Positions 37,680-44,623 of a stretch of 64,000 nucleotides of DNA are shown here, one piece after another. The notes beneath the pieces were generated by a model that was not told the origin of the DNA, ran no database searches, and saw nothing but the letters and a program-made list of their open reading frames with translations. The DNA is taken from the NCBI GenBank assembly GCA_965219565.1, contig OZ244780.1:1006287-1070286 (forward strand), given 5' to 3'. Position 1 is the stretch's first letter; the number at the start of each line of letters is the position of its first letter. This DNA is from Dehalococcoidia bacterium. GTDB lineage: Bacteria; Chloroflexota; Dehalococcoidia; Lucifugimonadales; JAGWBF01. The position numbers and the translations under genes are program-made.

Positions 37680-38126
37680 ATGCTGAAATCGTTTTATCAC
37701 ACGGGGTTTGTAGTCAAGAACCTGGAAGAGTCAGTCAAGTTCTACACCGATATCATGGGACTCAACCTCAAGCGGGAACCCTTCGAGGCCACTGGAGAGT
37801 CCACTGAACAGGTGACGGGACTGAAGGGCGTCACCATGAAAGTGGCCTTCGTAGACCTGATGAACGGCCATCACCTTGAGCTTATCGAGTACGTATATCC
37901 CCCTGGCACAGAGGCCCACACCAACATAAACGACCTTGGCGCCGCTCATATAGCCTTCTACATAGACCGGGCGGAAGAGCTTTACGAAACGGCCAGCGCC
38001 AAGGGCGTAAAGTTTGTGAATCCTCCATCCTACCGTTACAACGACCAGGGCGAAATCATCCGAAAGACCTTCTATGCCAGGGACCCGGACGGGAACTGGA
38101 TGGAGTTCATAGAGGCCCTGGAGTAG
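37680..38126 (+). CDS. VOC (glyoxalase/bleomycin-resistance/dioxygenase) family protein
   Basis: FYHTGFVVKNLEESVKFYTDIMGL...HIAFYIDR...DPDGNWMEFIE. Confidence 0.8.
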   Translation: MLKSFYHTGFVVKNLEESVKFYTDIMGLNLKREPFEATGESTEQVTGLKGVTMKVAFVDLMNGHHLELIEYVYPPGTEAHTNINDLGAAHIAFYIDRAEELYETASAKGVKFVNPPSYRYNDQGEIIRKTFYARDPDGNWMEFIEALE

Positions 38127-38130
38127 GCCC

Positions 38131-38709
38131 GTGATTCTCCTCATAGACAATTACGACAGCTTCACCTACAACCTCTACCAATATCTGTGTGAGCTGGGCG
38201 CTGAGGTCGTGGTAAGGCGCAACGACGAGTTGACTCCTGAGGATGTGGAATCCCTGGAGCCAACGGGCATCGTCGTGTCTCCGGGTCCATGCACCCCCAA
38301 AGAGGCCGGAGTGTCCAACGACGTGATACTGCGCTGGGGGCCCACGATCCCCACGCTGGGCGTGTGCCTGGGGCACCAGTGCATCGGCAGCGCCTTCGGA
38401 GGCGTCGTGGACCGTGCCGGGGAAATCATGCACGGCAAGACCTCCATGGTCCACCACGACGGCAAGGGCGTCTTCAAGGGACTCCCGGACCCCTTCGAGG
38501 CCATACGCTACCACTCCCTGGCAGTCTACAAAGAAGACCTGCCGGACTCGCTGGAGGTCACGGCTTGGACCGACAATGGGATTATCATGGGTCTGCGCCA
38601 CAAGGAGCACCCGATAGAGGGGATTCAATTTCACCCGGAGTCCATTATGACTCCCGTGGGCAAAGACCTCCTACAGAACTATCTCGACCAGGTGTATGGC
38701 AACAGCTAA
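38131..38709 (+). CDS. trpG: anthranilate synthase component II (glutamine amidotransferase)
   Basis: ILLIDNYDSFTYNLYQYL, GVCLGHQ and GIQFHPES. GTG start. Confidence 0.9.
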   Translation: MILLIDNYDSFTYNLYQYLCELGAEVVVRRNDELTPEDVESLEPTGIVVSPGPCTPKEAGVSNDVILRWGPTIPTLGVCLGHQCIGSAFGGVVDRAGEIMHGKTSMVHHDGKGVFKGLPDPFEAIRYHSLAVYKEDLPDSLEVTAWTDNGIIMGLRHKEHPIEGIQFHPESIMTPVGKDLLQNYLDQVYGNS

Positions 38710-38749
38710 GACAGCTCCCCAAGCCGGCAAAACAAGCAGGAGGTAGTCG

Positions 38750-39571
38750 ATGACAACGCCGTCCAGCGAAGGTCCTATGGGTGTGTGGCGTCCCCCGGCG
38801 TCGCGGAAGATGCGGGAAAACCGGGTCAAGCGAGTGTTGAGGGAGGGGAAGTGCGCCGTCTGCATCTACGGCGTTCCCACAGGCGACATGGCTGAGGTGA
38901 TGGGCAACCTGGGCTACGACGCCATCTGGATTGAGATGGAACATGCACCGCCTACGCTGACATTGAGGGACGTGGGCGAGATTTCCCGGGCCTGCGACCT
39001 ATGGGGGATGAGCTCCATCTGCCGGGTGCCCAACGACCCCTGGATGATAACCCGTGTGTTGGACGCGGGATGCGATGGCGTGGCCGTGCCTCACGTACGC
39101 ACCAAAGCCGAGGCTGAGGCAGTCGTGCAGGCTGCCAAGTACGGACCCATCGGGCGCCGAGGCGACTACACAGGGCGCCAAGGAATCGGAGTCGCCAACA
39201 CCAGGGACGCCGCCAACAAAGAGACCCTTGTCATGGTCTTTGTGGAAGAGGTAGAGGGCGTCAAGAACCTGGACGAAATCCTGGAGGTGCAACACATAGA
39301 CGTGATTTTCCTTGGCGCCGGAGACCTGTCCCAGGACATGGGCTACGCGGGCCAACGGTATCACCCGGAAGTCCAGGCGGTCGTCGACGACATGATACGC
39401 AAGTGCGCTACAGCCGGAATAGCCGCCGGAGTGGTCACCAATGACGACGACGTAGAAGACTATGTTGCGAAGGGGGCCAGGTTTTTCCACATCGGCTGGC
39501 AGACCTGGGTGGCCAAGGGAACGACGGCGTACATTGAGAAGATAACCCAGAAGATGAACAGCCTGCCTTAG
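38750..39571 (+). CDS. HpcH/HpaI aldolase family protein
   Basis: LGYDAIWIEMEHAPP...VPHVRTKAEAEAVV...FVEEVEGVKNLDEIL...IFLGAGDLS. Confidence 0.8.
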   Translation: MTTPSSEGPMGVWRPPASRKMRENRVKRVLREGKCAVCIYGVPTGDMAEVMGNLGYDAIWIEMEHAPPTLTLRDVGEISRACDLWGMSSICRVPNDPWMITRVLDAGCDGVAVPHVRTKAEAEAVVQAAKYGPIGRRGDYTGRQGIGVANTRDAANKETLVMVFVEEVEGVKNLDEILEVQHIDVIFLGAGDLSQDMGYAGQRYHPEVQAVVDDMIRKCATAGIAAGVVTNDDDVEDYVAKGARFFHIGWQTWVAKGTTAYIEKITQKMNSLP

Positions 39572-39636
39572 CATCAGGCGGCGGTATGCTAGAATACACC
39601 TGAACGGACTCAGAGGGAAAAGGGGAAGAAGCCGAC

Positions 39637-40047
39637 ATGGTTTCCGCAAGCTCAAGACGAGTCATGGAATTCACCCAGCATATATATCTGGGCATCCTGG
39701 CCACGGTTTATCCCAGCGGGGGTCCCCAAGCCTTCCCCGTCTGGTTCGACTATGACGGAGACCGGTTCAACATTGCCACGGACGCCGACGCCGTCAAGGT
39801 GCGGAACATCAGGACGAATTCCAAGGTGGCTCTGTGCATCACTGACACCTCCCGGCAGGTGAGGTCGCTGACGGTGCTGGGCGACGCCGAGGTGGAGATG
39901 AACAACCTGGCCGCCCAAGACCTGCACAAGAGACTGGCAGTGCGCTACATGGGCCAGGACGAGGGAGAGGAATGGGCTGAGTCCATGGGCGGGGACGAAA
40001 TGGCCATAGTGCGAATTGTCCCGACCAACTTTCTGTGGACCGGCTAG
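39637..40047 (+). CDS. pyridoxamine 5'-phosphate oxidase (PPOX) family, flavin/F420-binding split-barrel protein
   Basis: LGILATVYPSGGPQAFPVWFDYDGDRFNIATDADAVKVRNIRTNSKVALCI. The start may instead be the internal MEFTQH. Confidence 0.7.
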   Translation: MVSASSRRVMEFTQHIYLGILATVYPSGGPQAFPVWFDYDGDRFNIATDADAVKVRNIRTNSKVALCITDTSRQVRSLTVLGDAEVEMNNLAAQDLHKRLAVRYMGQDEGEEWAESMGGDEMAIVRIVPTNFLWTG

Positions 40048-40073
40048 CCGGCGTCGGGCTATAGGCTCAAAAC

Positions 40074-41096
40074 ATGCCTCTTAAGATACAACAGTTCCTT
40101 GACCCACTTCTCGACGGCCAGTCCTTGTCGATGGACGAGGCGGCGTCAGTCATGGAAGAAATCATGGAGGGAGAAACGACGCCGGTCCAGCTGTCGGCCT
40201 TCCTTTCAGCATTGCGCGCCAAAGGAGAGACTGCCGAGGAGATAGCCGGCATGGCTTCGGTCATGCGTCGAAAGGCTGTCCAGGTGTCTGTAGAGGGAGA
40301 CGTGGTAGACACCGCTGGGACCGGCGGCGACGGAAAAGGCAGTTTCAACGTGTCCACCGCGGCAGCTCTAATAGCCGCCGGAGCTGGCCTTAAAGTGGCC
40401 AAGCACGGCAACCGGGCCGTGACCGGCTCGTGCGGAAGCGCCGACGTGCTGGAGGCCCTAGGGGTGAAGATTGACCTGGGGCCTGACGGAGTGGAACGGT
40501 GTATTGACGAGGTTGGTTTCGGCTTCATGTTCGCGCCGACCTATCATCCCGCCATGCGTCATGCCATGCCCGTGCGCCGCGAATTGGGTGTGCGGACCGT
40601 ATTCAACCTGTTGGGGCCGTTGACCAATCCCGCTGGGGCGAAGCGCCAATTGCTGGGTGTGGCCGACCCACATATGTGTGAAACAATGTCCCAGGCCCTT
40701 GGTCTGCTGGGCGCCGAACACTCTATGGTCGTGCATGGAGAGGACGGGCTGGACGAGTTGACCCTAGGGGGCATGACCCACGTTTGGGAGACTGAAGGCG
40801 GAGTCACGCAGAAATACGTGTTGTGGCCGGAAGACTGCGCTATGATGCCATGTTCACTAGACGAAATTAAGGGCGGGACTCCTGAAGAAAGCGCTCGAAT
40901 GATGAGGGAGACGCTCCAAGGAGAACGGGGCCCGTTGCGGGACCTGGTCGTGTTCAATACCGCCGCTGTGCTGCAAGTTGGTGGACTGGTTCCCGACTTC
41001 ATAGAGGGGCGTGGCCGGGTCCTGGGGGCCATCGATAGCGGCGCGGCCCTGCGGACCCTCGACAACCTCGCGGCCCTGAGCCAGTCCCTGGCCTGA
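40074..41096 (+). CDS. trpD: anthranilate phosphoribosyltransferase
   Basis: DTAGTGGDGKGSFNVSTAAA...KHGNRAVTGSCGSADVLEALG. Confidence 0.95.
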   Translation: MPLKIQQFLDPLLDGQSLSMDEAASVMEEIMEGETTPVQLSAFLSALRAKGETAEEIAGMASVMRRKAVQVSVEGDVVDTAGTGGDGKGSFNVSTAAALIAAGAGLKVAKHGNRAVTGSCGSADVLEALGVKIDLGPDGVERCIDEVGFGFMFAPTYHPAMRHAMPVRRELGVRTVFNLLGPLTNPAGAKRQLLGVADPHMCETMSQALGLLGAEHSMVVHGEDGLDELTLGGMTHVWETEGGVTQKYVLWPEDCAMMPCSLDEIKGGTPEESARMMRETLQGERGPLRDLVVFNTAAVLQVGGLVPDFIEGRGRVLGAIDSGAALRTLDNLAALSQSLA

Positions 41097-41183
41097 AGCG
41101 GTTCGGACCGTGTCCAATTTGCGCCGCAGTCTCGGTCCGCTCGATTCCTCAACCCTTCCCCCAAGTGTCCGGCCGGTTTCCCT

Positions 41184-41262
41184 CGTCATTCCAGCGAAAG
41201 ACGAACCATAGTAGGCGGGGTGGCCGCAATCCCCCGTCATTCCGGCGTAGGCCGGAATCCAG
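41184..41262. repeat. REP-like element between trpD and trpC
   Basis: CGTCATTCC occurs twice (41184 and 41235). The second copy continues into the perfect hairpin ATTCCGGC-gta-GCCGGAAT (41239-41257). Confidence 0.45.
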
Positions 41263-41436
41263 AATAGCCGGCGTGCTCAGTTGTGGTAGATACTAGAGTC
41301 CGGCCTTTGCCGAAGCGACGAAAAAGTGGCAGGAGAGACGAAAAGGACCAGGGAGACAAAGTAGCGAGAAACCGGTCGCGCAAAAATCGTACACGGCCGG
41401 TCGTACGAAAATGAATAAAGAGGTGGAGTAGCCCAT

Positions 41437-42225
41437 ATGACCACCATACTTGACGACATAGTCATGGCCAAGCGAGGCGAACTGGAAGCCCAGCGTTGGA
41501 ACATGCCTCTTGAGGCTCTCGAAGAACAAATCGATTCCCAGCCTAGACCTCTGAACCTGAGCGGAGCCCTTATGGGAGACCGGGTGCGGTTGATAGCAGA
41601 GGTCAAGAAGGCGTCTCCCTCAAAGGGCCTCCTCTGTCCCGACTTCGACCCGGTGCGTCTGGCCTCAGCATACGTAGCCAACGGAGCGGCTGCCGTCTCC
41701 GTTGTTACCGACCTGCGCTTTCAGGGAGAGTTGGACCACCTGGGCTTGGTGAAGCAGGCCATCAGGGACAGCGGAACACCGGCGCTCAGGAAGGACTTCA
41801 TCTTCGACCCGTACCAGGTCTACGAAGCCCGGGCGTACGGGGCCGATGCTATTCTGCTCATCGTGTCCATACTGTCTCCGGGCGAGCTAAAGGACCTGCT
41901 GGCTCTCAGCCGCGAGTTCTGGATGCAGTGCCTGGTGGAGGTTCACACGGCTGAAGAGCTTGATATGGCGTTGGACGCCGGGGCGGAAATCATCGGCATC
42001 AACAACCGGGACCTCAAGACGTTCCACACCGACATTCAAGTGACCGCCGGAATCGCTCCGCGGGTGCCCAGGGGAAAGTTGGTGGTCAGTGAAAGCGGCA
42101 TCAACACAGCCGAGCACATGACTTATCTAAAGGGTTTGGGTGTCCATGCCGCCTTGGTGGGTGAAGCTCTCGTCACAGCTCCCGATGCGGGCGTCAAGAC
42201 GGCGGAGTTGGCGGGGCAAAGGTAA
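41437..42225 (+). CDS. trpC: indole-3-glycerol phosphate synthase
   Basis: LIAEVKKASPSKG, ...LRKDFIFDPYQVYEAR and GINNRDLKTF. Confidence 0.95.
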   Translation: MTTILDDIVMAKRGELEAQRWNMPLEALEEQIDSQPRPLNLSGALMGDRVRLIAEVKKASPSKGLLCPDFDPVRLASAYVANGAAAVSVVTDLRFQGELDHLGLVKQAIRDSGTPALRKDFIFDPYQVYEARAYGADAILLIVSILSPGELKDLLALSREFWMQCLVEVHTAEELDMALDAGAEIIGINNRDLKTFHTDIQVTAGIAPRVPRGKLVVSESGINTAEHMTYLKGLGVHAALVGEALVTAPDAGVKTAELAGQR

Positions 42226-42596
42226 TGGTTGGCGACCTAATTGGTGTGACCGTCTGGACCGAAGACCTTGAACGGCTGGTGGGGTTCTATAGAGACACAC
42301 TGGGCCTGGCCCTGAGGGGGAGCCATAACGGCTGGGCCAACTTCGCCTTCGGAGAAATGCGGCTTAACCTGGGGTTGCACGATCGAGTCCACGGACCGGC
42401 CAAGGACCCTTATCGGGTTATGCTGTCCTTCAGAGTGGACGACATAGATGGCGAATACGGCAGGCTGTCGGAACAGGGGGTCAAGTTCATCAGAGTCCCC
42501 GAAAAGGAAGATTGGGGAGGTATGGTGGCGACCTTTCTGGACCCTGACGGCAACGTTCTTCAGCTTCTTGAGAAGCCTGACAGCGCGCTCGGATAG
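42225..42596 (+). CDS. VOC family protein
   Basis: VTVWTEDLERLVGFYRDTLGL...FLDPDGNVLQLLE. The start overlaps the trpC stop (TAATG). Confidence 0.8.
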   Translation: MVGDLIGVTVWTEDLERLVGFYRDTLGLALRGSHNGWANFAFGEMRLNLGLHDRVHGPAKDPYRVMLSFRVDDIDGEYGRLSEQGVKFIRVPEKEDWGGMVATFLDPDGNVLQLLEKPDSALG

Positions 42597-42681
42597 ACGT
42601 CGCAGCCGGGCGTGCCTCCGTCGAATTCAGGTTTACTTGAAACCGCAGGCGCATGCCGCCTATAATTGATTGAACGATCCA

Positions 42682-42757
42682 GGGCGGTTAGCTCAGTGGT
42701 TAGAGCGCCTCGTTCACACCGAGGAGGTCAGAGGTTCAAATCCTCTATCGCCCACCA
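42682..42757 (+). tRNA. tRNA-Val (anticodon CAC)
   Basis: GGGCGGTTAGCTCAGTGGTTAGAGC D-arm, anticodon loop TT-CAC-AC, GGTTCAAATCC T-arm and an encoded CCA. Confidence 0.9.
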
Positions 42758-42788
42758 TTAATACCGGGGACATGCCCCTGTAGAACAA

Positions 42789-42875
42789 GCCGAGGTGGCG
42801 GAACGGCAGACGCGCTGCGTTCAGGGCGCAGTGCCCCTTGCGGGCGTGTGGGTTCAAATCCCACTCTCGGCACCA
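42789..42875 (+). tRNA. tRNA-Leu (anticodon CAG)
   Basis: Class II tRNA with a long variable arm, anticodon loop TT-CAG-GG, GGTTCAAATCC T-arm and an encoded CCA. Confidence 0.9.
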
Positions 42876-42890
42876 TCGACAAGTCGGCAC

Positions 42891-42967
42891 GCGCTTGTAG
42901 CTCAGTTGGATAGAGCGCATCCCTGCGGAGGATGAGGCCGTGGGTTCGAGTCCCGCCAAGCGCGCCA
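42891..42967 (+). tRNA. tRNA-Arg (anticodon reads GCG)
   Basis: Acceptor GCGCTTG/CAAGCGC, anticodon stem CATCC/GGATG with loop CT-GCG-GA, GGTTCGAGTCC T-arm and an encoded CCA. Confidence 0.8.
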
Positions 42968-42980
42968 TTCTCTGTCGCCG

Positions 42981-43280
42981 CTAGCCCAGGAAGATGTAGA
43001 CGTCTGCGTGTGGGAAGGCCACTTCCACCGCTCCCTTAAGCCGGTCCCTCACTAAACGTCTGTAGCCGTCCAAAGGCTGCTCGACGTCCAAGTGGGAGCA
43101 CCTCTGGCCCCTCTGCTCGTCGGGGCAGATGTGGCCTCCCGTGGGGCCGTCCCAGAACCCCACGCAATGCATCGGGAAGAAGAAGGTCTCGGTGACGTTG
43201 CGCAAGTCAGCAACGATCTCAGTGGCCCGAAAGCCGCTGTCAGTCGTCACTGAGACGACTACTCTAGCAAGTTCAGCCAC
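42981..43280 (-). CDS. hypothetical protein (99 aa, His/Cys-containing)
   Basis: ORF only; no recognisable domain. Sits between two tRNA loci. Confidence 0.4.
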   Translation of the reverse strand: MAELARVVVSVTTDSGFRATEIVADLRNVTETFFFPMHCVGFWDGPTGGHICPDEQRGQRCSHLDVEQPLDGYRRLVRDRLKGAVEVAFPHADVYIFLG

Positions 43281-43314
43281 GCTGTCTCACGCCCCCGTCG
43301 ACGGGACAGGCGGG

Positions 43315-43482
43315 TTAGCCGCCCCGGAATAGCTTGTTCCGCTCACCGTCTTGGCATTCTTTGTTGGTGCAGAACCAGAAGATGGTAGGCATTGGGGGCG
43401 TCCTGACGCCGTCCCTCTCTCTGCGCATGGGCTGTTTGCAAGTCGGGCAGACGCTTGAACCTTGAGCGCTTTCAGATGACAT
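43315..43482 (-). CDS. hypothetical small zinc-ribbon protein
   Basis: CPTCKQPM...FWFCTNKEC four-Cys arrangement. Start is uncertain (ATG 43482 or 43521). Confidence 0.4.
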   Translation of the reverse strand: MSSESAQGSSVCPTCKQPMRRERDGVRTPPMPTIFWFCTNKECQDGERNKLFRGG

Positions 43483-43635
43483 GGAATCTCCCGGGAGGTT
43501 ATACCTGGAATGTTCTACCATCCCAGCCTAGTGTGTTGCAAGTGTACAGTCGGCCCCGCGTCTCCAACTGGTACCGTCTCCGAGAACTTTGGACTCCACT
43601 CGAGGATTCGAAATAATTACCCCCTGAGATTACGG

Positions 43636-43641
43636 TATAAT
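43636..43641 (+). promoter_or_regulatory. possible -10 box (TATAAT) for tRNA-Val(TAC)
   Basis: Perfect TATAAT 14 nt upstream of the mature tRNA 5' end. No good -35 element seen. Confidence 0.3.
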
Positions 43642-43654
43642 ATATCGTCGCTCC

Positions 43655-43731
43655 GGGCGGTTAGCTCAGCCGGTTAGAGCGCCTGCTTTACACGCAGGAG
43701 GTCAGTGGTTCGAGTCCACTACCGCCCACCA
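43655..43731 (+). tRNA. tRNA-Val (anticodon TAC)
   Basis: GGGCGGTTAGCTCAGCCGGTTAGAGC, anticodon loop TT-TAC-AC, GGTTCGAGTCC T-arm and an encoded CCA. Confidence 0.9.
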
Positions 43732-44623
43732 ACGTGCTTGGTAGACAGAACCGAGCCGTTCAGGGCATCTCCTCGGCGTTCCTGCCGGGTATGCGGCTAT
43801 CGTCGGGCCTGGAGTTCGTTGGGCTCCACTATCCGGCGGGCTTGTAGGCGTTATCCACACCCCAGGGCTGGCCGAACGACACCCAGATTCCAGGTAACGT
43901 TGCGCAATAGACGCAGGCCTATTGGGAGCTGCTGTATTGCTCGACAGAGCTATGATGTCAGCGCCGATAGAGCAAAGCTGGCTCTTGGCAAGCGGAAACT
44001 CGTCTGCGTTAACACAGAGGCTTAGCTGAAACTCCACATCTTACCGGAAGGCAGGCCTAGGTCCTGCGATTTCATAGGCCTACAAAATACAAGGCAGCAT
44101 CGCAAGAGGCGTCAACTTTTGGTTCGGGAAACCTTGGCAACGGGTCTCGGGGTCGTTCCGGTAATGGGTAGCTTTGAGGGAGTGGTCGCAGGTCGCACCG
44201 TGGGTTTGGTTGCGGGTTGTTTGTGCCGTCGGATGTCGTCCATCGCTTGAACACACACTATCATATTAACCACCGAAGAATGAGTAGTAAGGCATTAATC
44301 CGTAATGGACGCCAAACAGAATATCGCTACGTGTTGACTTCGCTATACAATCATGCTAGCGTACAGCTAGCTCCGAGCAATCCGGCTGAGGGACCGTCCG
44401 ATGGACAGAGCGCTGTCGGGAACCTTAAGGAGAGGATAGCTGGGGACTAACCCGGAAAACCAACCTCACAACCTCGACCTGTCGGGGAGAAGGTTGGCAA
44501 GGAAGGCGAGGTTCGCAGCTGCACTGCGCCAAAGGGTTTAAGAGTCAGAAGAGCAGGGTTACCTGGGGTTTCTTTTTTTATGATGTCCGATGACCTATTC
44601 TAGGTTTGTAGGGGAGTCGCTCG

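Noticed and set aside
41277-41681. 134-aa minus-strand ORF spanning the trpD-trpC spacer
   Set aside because: It overlaps the trpC start and the REP-like element. There is no RBS and the composition is poor.
43702-44037. Mirror-image ORFs (111 aa minus, 106 aa plus) after tRNA-Val; checked for a tyrosine-integrase remnant
   Set aside because: No integrase motifs (R..HxxR..Y) appear in any frame I read, and the compositions are not protein-like.
44350-44600. Considered SRP RNA, 6S RNA, TPP or cobalamin riboswitch identities for the structured-looking leader before the SBP gene
   Set aside because: Only loose partial resemblances were found (GGAAGG..GCAGC, CUGAGG). None of the defining consensus blocks are complete. 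It is kept only as an unassigned candidate in the findings.
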